Below are positions 1 through 8,102 of a stretch of DNA of 30,491 nt, one piece after another. This DNA comes from Opitutales bacterium (GTDB lineage Bacteria; Verrucomicrobiota; Verrucomicrobiia; Opitutales; Coraliomargaritaceae), in NCBI GenBank assembly GCA_049606355.1, contig JBMYVL010000012.1, forward strand, positions 1 to 30,491, read 5' to 3'. Positions within the stretch are counted from its first letter, which is position 1. Every line of letters starts with the position of its first letter. The position numbers and the translations under genes were made by a program. The notes under the pieces are model-generated. The model made no database searches. It was given only the letters and a program-made list of their open reading frames with translations, and was not told the origin of the DNA.

Positions 1-1
1 C

Positions 2-835
2 TACCTGTCGAGCGCCAATAGTTACGATGCGTCTGGTTCGAATGACTTGATTTTGGACGTTGCTGAGGGTGGCATGACGACCTATGCGCCGTTGTCCGGC
101 ACGGGTAGCACTGTTGTGAATAACTTCCTCGTGTATGAAATTCCCGATGAAACGGATGCCACAACGACGACCTATACCACGAACTTCAATTATACGGCAG
201 GCGATGCCATTGCGATCTCCTTTGGCTCTTACAATACGGCTTATGCCTACGACAATCTATCAATTACCACCTATGTGGGCACTGACACCGACGGTGATGG
301 CCTCGACGATAGTGTGGAAACCAACACGGGCACCTACGTGGATGCGTCGAACACCGGTACGGATCCAAACAGTGTTGACAGTGATGGCGATGGCTTGTCG
401 GACGGTGATGAAGTCAACAGTTATGGTACCGATCCAACAACGAATGATACTGATGGCGATGGTTTGCTCGATCAAGATGAGATCTCACTGCACAAGAGTG
501 ATCCGACCAGTACCGACACGCATGGCGATGGCCTCCTTGATGGTGACATCAATGCCGCGGGTTACAGCCCGGGTACTGATTACAGTGCGATCTTAACCGA
601 TGCCGTCCTCAATCCGCTCGGCTTTAGCACGGGTGGTGGTTCAGGAGGTACTCCTGAGGCCGGTGACGATGCTGTAGTCGTTGCCACTTCGAGCGGCAGT
701 GCAAGCGTGCAGTTACAAGTCGAGCGCAGCAGCGACTTGACCAACTGGTCTGCAGACGCCAGCGACGTGGTAAATGCTGACATCAGCGTTTCAGGCGGCG
801 AGGATTACCTCCGCTTTGCTATCCCGCAAAACTAG
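2..835 (+). CDS. 3' fragment of a secreted multidomain protein (5' truncated by the window edge): CBM-like jelly-roll module, four thrombospondin type-3-like Ca-binding repeats and a C-terminal beta-sandwich tail. It is probably a further paralogue of the 5077..8037 gene.
   Basis: The frame-2 ORF is open from the window edge, so the TTG at 47 in the ORF track is not a true start. YLSSANSYDASGSNDLILDVAEGG...FNYTAGDAIAISFGSYNTAYAYDNLSI aligns with YLWYARNFDTSGSNDLFVDATQGG...FNYTAGDALILVFGSYNTAFAYDNVSI of the 5077..8037 protein. DxDxDGxxDxxE repeats follow, then a tail with SSDLTNW...YLRF. An intrinsic terminator lies just downstream. Confidence 0.8.
   Translation, partial: YLSSANSYDASGSNDLILDVAEGGMTTYAPLSGTGSTVVNNFLVYEIPDETDATTTTYTTNFNYTAGDAIAISFGSYNTAYAYDNLSITTYVGTDTDGDGLDDSVETNTGTYVDASNTGTDPNSVDSDGDGLSDGDEVNSYGTDPTTNDTDGDGLLDQDEISLHKSDPTSTDTHGDGLLDGDINAAGYSPGTDYSAILTDAVLNPLGFSTGGGSGGTPEAGDDAVVVATSSGSASVQLQVERSSDLTNWSADASDVVNADISVSGGEDYLRFAIPQN
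278..547 (+). repeat. Coding tandem repeats: four thrombospondin type-3-like calcium-binding repeats (DTDGDGLDDSVE, DSDGDGLSDGDE, DTDGDGLLDQDE, DTHGDGLLDGD)
   Basis: The DxDxDGxxDxxE motif is repeated every 23-31 aa in the translated ORF. The repetition is at protein level, not an exact nucleotide repeat. Confidence 0.75.
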
Positions 836-877
836 CATCGGAAGCTCTTGAGTTGGTCCATGGGCCCGCTCACACGA

Positions 878-905
878 AGCCCTCCTGTATCGGAGGGCTT
901 TTTTT
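878..905 (+). terminator. Rho-independent terminator of the left-edge gene
   Basis: Perfect 8-bp stem AGCCCTCC (878-885) / GGAGGGCT (892-899) with a 6-nt loop, followed by a T-run through 905. It sits 43 nt after the stop at 835. Confidence 0.75.
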
Positions 906-1007
906 GTGCATGGGTTTCGGGGTATTCCAGGTACGGCTCGCCATGCAGATGCGCAGCCGAGGCATCGATTGCTACGTCAGTGCACGTGGGGTGCGTGACT
1001 GTCGGGC

Positions 1008-2210
1008 TTAGCGTGCGACTTCCGGTGAACTCTGGGTGCGCCGGTACTCGGTCGGTGTTTGGCCGGTTTGCTCGCGAAAGACCTGCGTGAGGTAGCGCAC
1101 GTTTTCATACCCCGATCGACCGGCAATACTTTTGATGCTGAGGTTGGTGCTCGTCAGTAATTCCTTGATGCGGTTGATTTGGGTGCGCTGTATTTCACTG
1201 TGGATCGAGCGCCCAATCGCTTTCATGAATTTGCGGTACCCCGTCGAATTGGACATGCCGGTGATGTTGAGGACATCCGTCGGCGTAATGGGGTCGCAGG
1301 CGTGTTCTTGAATATAGCGTAGGGCAAAGGCGACTTCAGGATCATCAAAGCGCATGTAGTTACTCGAGTCACGCGTGACGACGCCTGAGGGTAGGATGTA
1401 ATTCAGTTTCGGCGGCGTCGCTTCTCCCGTAAGTAGCTGATCGAGCAGTTTGGCGGCGGTATAGCCGGCATTACTGGCATTTACGTTAATACTGCTGAGC
1501 TTGGGTTGTGATAATTCGCACAGCCAGCGGTCATTATCCACACCTAATACCGAGAGTTCTTGTGGAACGCTTATGTGGTTGACGACACATGCATCCAGTA
1601 CCCAGCGGGCCCAGCCGTCGAAGAACACAAAAACACCGCAGGGCTGGGGGAGTTGTTTGAGCCAGTCTCCCAGAGCTTGTATCGCCTCCGCCATGTTACT
1701 ACCGGTCGGCAGACGGCCTTCGAAGATGTGACACTCAAACTTGTTCTTTTTTAATTCTGCAACGTAGCCATCACAGCGCTGCTGGCACCATGGCGCACGT
1801 TCGTTGCCACCGCAGAAAGCAAAATGGCGCAGGCCACTACTGATGAAGTGCTGCGCAGCCATTTGTCCGATAGCCTGTTGGTCTGAGGTGACGATCGGGA
1901 AGTTTAAATGACCCTCCACGGCTTCCGAATAACTGCCAAAGCCGATGGTTGGTATGCCTTCGAGTTGCCCAATTTGCTCGATCCCGGAAATATGAATACT
2001 GGTAATGATGCCATCGGGTTGCCAGTGCTGTAGGCTTTCCAATGTTGGTTCGGTCATCGGGTCCATCAGGATGATCCAGTCCGAGTGGCTGCGGATGTAA
2101 TCACCCACACCGCGTGCGATGGCACGGTCAAAGGCCATATCCGACTCGAGTAAGAGCGCGATGCGTTTTACGCGTGGGCGCCCCGTCTGCTTAGCGTTGA
2201 ACTGACTCAT
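1008..2210 (-). CDS. XylR-like transcriptional regulator: N-terminal periplasmic-binding-protein-like sugar-sensor domain plus C-terminal AraC-type HTH
   Basis: 400 aa. The N-terminal part (RIALLLESDMAFDRAIARGVGDYI..., VLGVDND) resembles the LacI/PBP-type domain of E. coli XylR. The C-terminus (IQEHACDPITPTDVL...SIKSIAGRSGYENVRYLTQVFREQTGQTPTEYRR) is a typical AraC double HTH. It is divergent from the enzyme array. Confidence 0.9.
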   Translation of the reverse strand: MSQFNAKQTGRPRVKRIALLLESDMAFDRAIARGVGDYIRSHSDWIILMDPMTEPTLESLQHWQPDGIITSIHISGIEQIGQLEGIPTIGFGSYSEAVEGHLNFPIVTSDQQAIGQMAAQHFISSGLRHFAFCGGNERAPWCQQRCDGYVAELKKNKFECHIFEGRLPTGSNMAEAIQALGDWLKQLPQPCGVFVFFDGWARWVLDACVVNHISVPQELSVLGVDNDRWLCELSQPKLSSINVNASNAGYTAAKLLDQLLTGEATPPKLNYILPSGVVTRDSSNYMRFDDPEVAFALRYIQEHACDPITPTDVLNITGMSNSTGYRKFMKAIGRSIHSEIQRTQINRIKELLTSTNLSIKSIAGRSGYENVRYLTQVFREQTGQTPTEYRRTQSSPEVAR

Positions 2211-2380
2211 AGAACTCCTTTGACAGCAGTTAGTTGTAAAATGTGTGTCAAGCTTTGCGCGCGAATTGGTTTTATTATTGAGTAAATGTTAGCAATGCTG
2301 TCATTTTATTTGACGTCAGTTGTTTTCTGAGGCGTCCTTGCCTATTTCCCCATCTTGTCAGTAATTTCTACGAGTAGCCC
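2211..2380. promoter_or_regulatory. Divergent AT-rich promoter/operator region between the regulator and the enzyme array
   Basis: This is the only markedly AT-rich 170 bp in the window. It contains TTTGACAGCAGTT (2219-2231) and TTTGACGTCAGTT (2309-2321) as a direct repeat 90 bp apart; the second includes the palindrome TGACGTCA. TGTCA recurs at 2246, 2299 and 2356. No transcription start can be assigned from sequence. Confidence 0.4.
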
Positions 2381-3616
2381 ATGAAAGGCATCATTATCGG
2401 TTTCACATGTTATGCGCTTTCGGTCTGCGGACTCAAAGCCGATTCCCCCACGATCTTCAGTTTATCAGCTGGAGCGCAAAGTATTGGTGTGCGTTACCAA
2501 TTTACTGAGGAAACTGCCTTAGTCGAGAGTGCGCAAGCGATCGCCGCGCTGGGTTCAGATACGCTCAAAATTGCCTGCACGCCCAAATATACGGATGATT
2601 ATCGGTTGCAGGCAGATCCGCAGATTCGTTCGCTGTCGGATTTGCTGGACCGCAAGCCTGATTACCTCGAGGTCATGGACATGCCCTTCCGCAATATTAT
2701 GTTGTGGGTCTATCCCTTTGCGGATTCGCAGGCAGCTTTTTTTAAGGGAGAGCTCAGCGAGGCAGAGTCTCAAGCGATATACAAGGAGATCTACGAATTT
2801 ACGGCCTACATCCTGAAGCGCTATTCCGGCAGTGGAAAAACCTTCTTCTTCGGCAATTGGGAAGGGGACTGGCACGTCCAAGCGGAGCGGTATGATTATA
2901 ATTTCGATCCGGAGCCTGAGGTGATCGCCGCGTCGATCGAGTGGTTTCGGATTCGGGAGCAGGCGATCGCAGATGCGCGCAGGGATACGCCTCACGAAGA
3001 TGTGACGGTGTATTACTACATTGAATTGAACCACGTGGCTAAGGCGATGGATCACGACAAGCCGGCAATCGTCAATCGGATCTTGCCGCACATCAAAACA
3101 GACTATGTGTCGTGGTCGAGTTACGATATTACCAAGCCAGCGGCCCGCATGGGTGGCGAAAAGGGCCGAGCACGTGTTCATCAGGCACTCGATTATATCG
3201 AAGCACACCTGCCTGCAAGTGATCTGCCCGGCAAGCGGGTCTTTATCGGGGAGTATGGCTTTGAGTTGAATTCCTTTCCGGACCCGGACTTGCAACGCAA
3301 GTACACGGCGTCGATTATGAAGTGGTCCCTCGAGTGGGGCTGCCCCTTTATTCTGTATTGGGAACTTTATTGTAATGAGATCGACCCTGCCACCGGCGAA
3401 CATCGCGGTTACTGGTTAATTGATGACAAGGGCGACAAGCAGCCGGTCTGGTTTTTCCACAAGGAATTTCTCAGCAAAGCGAATACCTATGTGCGCGACT
3501 ATGAGAAGACGCATGGCCGCCTGCCTACGCAGCAAAGCTATAATGCTGCGGCAGCTGGCTGGATCGAAGATTTCATGACCTACGACATCCGCATCGATAA
3601 CCGGCGGAGCGAATGA
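2381..3616 (+). CDS. Secreted protein of an unassigned GH-like family (putative clan GH-A-type TIM-barrel glycoside hydrolase), stand-alone form
   Basis: 411 aa with an N-terminal signal peptide. It is a paralogue of 9519..10703 and of the central modules of 5077..8037 and 10733..14545. Conserved motifs are SGSGKTFFFGNWEGDW (Glu codon 2861-2863), YIELN, DYVSWSSYD, GKRVFIGEYGF (Glu codon 3251-3253) and FILYWELY. Confidence 0.85.
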   Translation: MKGIIIGFTCYALSVCGLKADSPTIFSLSAGAQSIGVRYQFTEETALVESAQAIAALGSDTLKIACTPKYTDDYRLQADPQIRSLSDLLDRKPDYLEVMDMPFRNIMLWVYPFADSQAAFFKGELSEAESQAIYKEIYEFTAYILKRYSGSGKTFFFGNWEGDWHVQAERYDYNFDPEPEVIAASIEWFRIREQAIADARRDTPHEDVTVYYYIELNHVAKAMDHDKPAIVNRILPHIKTDYVSWSSYDITKPAARMGGEKGRARVHQALDYIEAHLPASDLPGKRVFIGEYGFELNSFPDPDLQRKYTASIMKWSLEWGCPFILYWELYCNEIDPATGEHRGYWLIDDKGDKQPVWFFHKEFLSKANTYVRDYEKTHGRLPTQQSYNAAAAGWIEDFMTYDIRIDNRRSE

Positions 3617-3704
3617 GCGCGCTAGCGTTTGCCCCGCTCGCCAGAGCGTACGCTATGCCTTTGCGACGCTCGCTCCGTTAATTCGGTTTCCATTTTTACG
3701 TCCC

Positions 3705-5060
3705 ATGCCCCGCTTTAACCCAACCCTGCTTTGCCTCTGGCTGCTTTCTGCTGCCGGGCTTTTTGCTGTCGGGCAAGTGGCGCAACCGAATATCCTGATG
3801 ATCCTGGTGGATGATCTTGGCTACGGTGATCTGTCCTGCCAAGGGGCAGGGGATCTGCAAACCCCTGCGATTGACCGGCTCTTTGCCAGCGGCATGACCT
3901 TTGAGAATTTTTATGCCAACTGCACCGTTTGCTCGCCGTCCAGAGCGGCCTTCTTGACGGGGCGGTATCCAGACGCAGTGGGAGTCCCGGGTGTGGTACG
4001 GCAGGATCCAAACGACACCTGGGGCTTTCTGGATCCAGAAGTCGAGACCGTGGCGGATGTATTGGCAGCTGCAGGCTATGCGACGGCCCTGATCGGGAAG
4101 TGGCATCTCGGCCTCGAGTCACCCAATCTTCCGAATGAACGTGGCTTCGAGTATTTTCGAGGCTTCCTCGGCGATATGATGGATGACTATTGGAGCCACC
4201 TGCGCGGGGGGATCAACTGGATGCGCCACAATGGGGAGGTGATCGAACCCACGGGGCATGCCACCGACCTGTTTGCGGAGTGGGCTGTGGAGTATCTGCA
4301 ATCGCGGGTCGAAACTGCCGAGCCGTTCTTTCTGTTTCTCTCCCTAAATGCGCCACACGATCCGGTGCAACCGCCGCGCGACTGGCTACAGCGAGTACGG
4401 GAAAGAGAGCCGGGCCTGACGCCGAAACGGGCGCGACTGGTAGCCTTTGTCGAGCACATGGATGCAGGAATCGGTAAGGTGCTGCAACAGTTGGAACGCA
4501 GTGGTTTGGCGCAGGATACTTTGGTTGTGTTTGCTTCGGACAATGGTGGAGCGCTTCGTTTTGGAGCCAACAACGGGCGCTTGCGTGGCGGCAAGGGCGA
4601 TCATTTTGAAGGTGGTATACGGGTGCCGATGGCCGCCACATGGCCGGGGCATATTCCATCGGATTCACGCAGCCAAAATGTGGCGCTGTTGATGGATCTG
4701 CTGCCGACTCTGTGTGATTTGGCCGCTGCGCAACAGCCGGACCTGCTGGACGGGTTGTCACTGCTACCGACACTGATGGGGCATGAGCAAGTGACCAACG
4801 ATCGCGTGCTGTTCTGGGTTCGCCAAGAGGGCAATCCGCGCTTTGGCGGTCATACCTATTACGCAGCCCGTTATAAAAATCACAAATTGCTGCAAAATTC
4901 CCCATGGGAGCCGTATCAGTACTATGACCTTGCAGCTGACCCCTACGAGCGCGCGCCGCTTCAGCCCACAGGCGCGACGTATTCCTTTTTGTTCAATCAA
5001 TTAACCGAGCATATTCAGCGCACCACCGTGCCGCGTCGGCAGTTAGCCAAGCCACTTTAA
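3705..5060 (+). CDS. Cys-type sulfatase (family S1, arylsulfatase A/B-like)
   Basis: 451 aa with a signal peptide. Motifs present: PNILMILVDDLGYGD, the formylglycine motif CSPSRAAFLTGRYP (Cys codon 3930-3932), GKWHLG and ASDNGG. Confidence 0.95.
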   Translation: MPRFNPTLLCLWLLSAAGLFAVGQVAQPNILMILVDDLGYGDLSCQGAGDLQTPAIDRLFASGMTFENFYANCTVCSPSRAAFLTGRYPDAVGVPGVVRQDPNDTWGFLDPEVETVADVLAAAGYATALIGKWHLGLESPNLPNERGFEYFRGFLGDMMDDYWSHLRGGINWMRHNGEVIEPTGHATDLFAEWAVEYLQSRVETAEPFFLFLSLNAPHDPVQPPRDWLQRVREREPGLTPKRARLVAFVEHMDAGIGKVLQQLERSGLAQDTLVVFASDNGGALRFGANNGRLRGGKGDHFEGGIRVPMAATWPGHIPSDSRSQNVALLMDLLPTLCDLAAAQQPDLLDGLSLLPTLMGHEQVTNDRVLFWVRQEGNPRFGGHTYYAARYKNHKLLQNSPWEPYQYYDLAADPYERAPLQPTGATYSFLFNQLTEHIQRTTVPRRQLAKPL

Positions 5061-5076
5061 TACACACACTCCTATT

Positions 5077-8037
5077 ATGAAAACGATACGACCCCTTATC
5101 CGTAGAAAAACAGCCCACCTGCTCGCTTTATTGAGCGCTTCTGCCTGTACCTGTATTGCTGTCGAGCTCCCGCAATCAGGACTGGCCTTGCATCTGGACG
5201 CGGCCTCGATCGAGGGGGTGACCCACGGTGCACTGCTGACGACTGCCTGGGAGGACCAATCTGAGAACAATCTGAATGCAGTTAACAGCTCCGGTACTTA
5301 TCCCACTTATGTCGAGGGAGGGGGCAGCAGCAGTTATCCGGCGGTGCGCTTTGATGGGGTGAATCAATACCTGCGAGTGGATAGTCTCGCGTTAGGTTCC
5401 GATGTGAGTGTGTTTGTCGTTTTTGCCAATCGCGCGACACCACAGGCAAATGATCGCGAGACTCTGCTGGCGTGGCCCGTTAGTGGCGGCGGCAGCTCGC
5501 TGGCTTCCAGTCGCTCCGCCTCAAGTGTACCCGATTATCCCTCGCTCGATGTTCAGTCTACAGGAAGTGTGGTGGGCTCTTGGGTGAATGGTCACCATAC
5601 CGACGCGACCACAGGGGATCTCTTCGCCGACCGTATTTATGTGGGCTCGGCCGTTTACGCAGATTTAAGCAGCAGCACGAACCTCTTAATTGGCAGCAGT
5701 TCATTGAGCGGGACGTATGCCGGGCAGAATGATATTCTGGAAATTCTCATTTACAACCGAGCCCTCAATGAAGCCGAACGCCATCAGGTGCATGCCTACC
5801 TCGGCTCCAAATACGACATCGAAGTCGTGCGACGTTCGATGGATCATCCGGTTGAGTCGTACCCGCATCCGCTCGGCTCGCAACAGTTCGGCACGCAATA
5901 CTCCTTTGGTCAGGATGGCATTCGGACCCTCGATTATGCCAAAGCGACCCTGCGAATGGGGACGCCCGTGGTTAAATTCCGCTTGTCGAACAAGTACAGC
6001 AATACCGATGGCTTTACAGCAGTCTCCGGGATCAACACCTTAACCGAGTTGGTGCGTGACCAGCCGGAGATAAAGGAGATCCTGGATATGCCATTAACCG
6101 ATTATGTTTTCTGGGTTTCGAGCTTTTCCGTCTCTGATTGGACCTACCACTTGGATGCCAATGGCTTGAAACCGACCAAGGAAGCACAAATCTATTCGGA
6201 AGTGTATGCGCTGGTTTCCTACCTGCTGGAGACTTACAGTGGCAGTGGTAAACGCTTCTACATTGGTAATTGGGAAGGTGACTGGAAGCTTGCCGGGAAT
6301 TACAAGGATGACCCGAATACGATCCCGCAAAATCGAATTCAGGGCATGATTGACTGGGCCAACATTCGTCAGCAAGCGGTGGATGACGCTAAGGCCAACA
6401 CCACGCACAGTGATGTGGATGTCTGGTATTATCTTGAGATGAATAAGGCGGATTGGATGCGCCAGGGGCTTCCCTGCGTCGCCAATAGCGTGATTCCGGC
6501 GATGCCGAAGTTGGATATGGTTTCCATTTCCTCGTATACGCTGCACAAGGATAATGGGAATCCTCGTTCCGATGCGGCCATGCACGCTGATCTGGATCAG
6601 GTGCAAGCTCTGTTGGATGCCAAGCCGGATGCGTCCATCCCCGGCAGTCGTCTGATGATTGGTGAATATGGTTGGCAATACAGTAGCACCACCTACTCCA
6701 ATTTAACGGATTTTGCCGATCGCCATGTCACCACCGCGCGCTCCTACTTCAAATGGCAGGGCGGTACCTTGCGTTTCATCTTCCAGTGGCAGTTCTATAA
6801 CCAAGCTGCTAAGACGAATGGAGACCCCAAGGAAATGAGCCTGATTGGTCCGAGCAACGACCTGCGGCCGCTCTACTACATGCATGAAAACAGTTTGCGC
6901 ACGATGCGTCGCTGGGTGGACGACTACTACACGCGCACCGGTGAATTGCCCAGCGAGCGTGCCTATGCGGACCATGCAGATCTCGTTCTCAGTAACGTAG
7001 CGCTGCAGGAGTATGAACCCGTGTACGCATTTGCATCCTACAGTGACTGGCGGGATTATTATTTTGTCGACCCCACTGAATTGCAGGACAGCGCAGTTTC
7101 CGGACCCAGCGCGGACCCGTATCAGTCCGGGCTGCCGAATTTATTGCGCTACGGTCTGGGTGTGCCCAAGTTTGGTGCCGCACCGTCGCGGATGCCGCAC
7201 CTGCGGCAGTATACGGACTCGATGGTGTACGCGATTCCTTTCGATACGAGCAAGACGGATTTGCGTTGGACGGTGCAGGCCGGCAGCACCCTTGGCCAGT
7301 GGAGTACACTGTTTGATTCGCAGTCCTATATCGAAACCGAAGCTTATAGCGAGGACTTTGAGGCCATTGACTTTGTGGTAGGAGCCGGGAACTATTCTTA
7401 TGGCTATGATAAGGATCCCAGTGGAGGGACCTATAAAGCAGTCGATTTCGGTACTTGGTATAAGTCCGGTAGCACTTCGGGTGTGACCGATGTGGATGGC
7501 GATGGGGATAACGAAATCCGGCCCAACCTCTCTGGCAAAAACAATGCAAAAATGTGGGGTGTCATACTGGATCCAACATTGTTTGCGGCAACGGGCTCAG
7601 GTAACTATGTCTTCGACGTCGATTTGATCGGAGCCGACTCCGGAACCTCCAAGATCTACTTATGGTATGCGCGTAATTTTGATACCAGCGGAAGTAACGA
7701 TTTATTTGTCGATGCCACGCAAGGAGGCTTGTCGAACTTCGTGCCGGCCTGGGGGTCGGGAGCGACGGAGGTCGGTGAAATCTTCAATTATGACATTCCG
7801 GATGAAACGGCAAACGGGTCCTATTCAACGAACTTTAATTACACTGCAGGGGACGCACTCATCCTGGTGTTTGGATCTTATAATACCGCCTTTGCGTATG
7901 ATAATGTGAGCATTAAGCGACGAGAGTTGAGCAACGAAGGGCTGACGATAGTGGATGGCTTTGTGGAGCTGAACGCCGACGCGATTGAGGCGGATGCCGA
8001 GCAAATGTTCTACCGCTTGCAACTCCAGCAACAATAG
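5077..8037 (+). CDS. Secreted multidomain protein: LamG/concanavalin-like domain, unassigned GH-like TIM-barrel module, tail-type beta-sandwich and CBM-like jelly-roll module
   Basis: 986 aa with a signal peptide. The LamG_3-like region spans about aa 35-250 (YPAVRFDGVNQYLRV...NDILEILIYNRALNEAE). The GH-like module spans about aa 258-635 (GSGKRFYIGNWEGDW with Glu codon 6274-6276; SRLMIGEYGW with Glu codon 6664-6666; FIFQWQFY). The jelly-roll module spans about aa 756-947. Confidence 0.9.
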   Translation: MKTIRPLIRRKTAHLLALLSASACTCIAVELPQSGLALHLDAASIEGVTHGALLTTAWEDQSENNLNAVNSSGTYPTYVEGGGSSSYPAVRFDGVNQYLRVDSLALGSDVSVFVVFANRATPQANDRETLLAWPVSGGGSSLASSRSASSVPDYPSLDVQSTGSVVGSWVNGHHTDATTGDLFADRIYVGSAVYADLSSSTNLLIGSSSLSGTYAGQNDILEILIYNRALNEAERHQVHAYLGSKYDIEVVRRSMDHPVESYPHPLGSQQFGTQYSFGQDGIRTLDYAKATLRMGTPVVKFRLSNKYSNTDGFTAVSGINTLTELVRDQPEIKEILDMPLTDYVFWVSSFSVSDWTYHLDANGLKPTKEAQIYSEVYALVSYLLETYSGSGKRFYIGNWEGDWKLAGNYKDDPNTIPQNRIQGMIDWANIRQQAVDDAKANTTHSDVDVWYYLEMNKADWMRQGLPCVANSVIPAMPKLDMVSISSYTLHKDNGNPRSDAAMHADLDQVQALLDAKPDASIPGSRLMIGEYGWQYSSTTYSNLTDFADRHVTTARSYFKWQGGTLRFIFQWQFYNQAAKTNGDPKEMSLIGPSNDLRPLYYMHENSLRTMRRWVDDYYTRTGELPSERAYADHADLVLSNVALQEYEPVYAFASYSDWRDYYFVDPTELQDSAVSGPSADPYQSGLPNLLRYGLGVPKFGAAPSRMPHLRQYTDSMVYAIPFDTSKTDLRWTVQAGSTLGQWSTLFDSQSYIETEAYSEDFEAIDFVVGAGNYSYGYDKDPSGGTYKAVDFGTWYKSGSTSGVTDVDGDGDNEIRPNLSGKNNAKMWGVILDPTLFAATGSGNYVFDVDLIGADSGTSKIYLWYARNFDTSGSNDLFVDATQGGLSNFVPAWGSGATEVGEIFNYDIPDETANGSYSTNFNYTAGDALILVFGSYNTAFAYDNVSIKRRELSNEGLTIVDGFVELNADAIEADAEQMFYRLQLQQQ

Positions 8038-8102
8038 CCGACATCGCATCACTCCTTTAAGACAACAACAGACGGCAGCGATACCGTGAATCGATAGCAA
8101 TT

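Noticed and set aside
278-547. Tandem repetition that might suggest a CRISPR array or satellite
   Set aside because: The repeats are in-frame, degenerate at nucleotide level and encode DxDxDGxxDxxE calcium-binding motifs. There are no identical direct repeats with unique spacers anywhere in the window.
848-1090. 80-aa plus-strand ORF after the first gene
   Set aside because: It starts inside the terminator region, overlaps the 3' end of the regulator gene on the other strand, and has no motifs and odd composition (Cys/Ser/Gly/Arg).
2555-3403. Minus-strand ORF of 282 aa opposite the first GH-like gene. Similar shadows occur at 4213..4905, 6094..6678, 6989..7549, 18328..19056, 19809..20582 and 27690..28325.
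   Set aside because: All lie fully inside, and antisense to, ORFs supported by paralogy or family motifs. None has a signal peptide, conserved motif or paralogue in the window.
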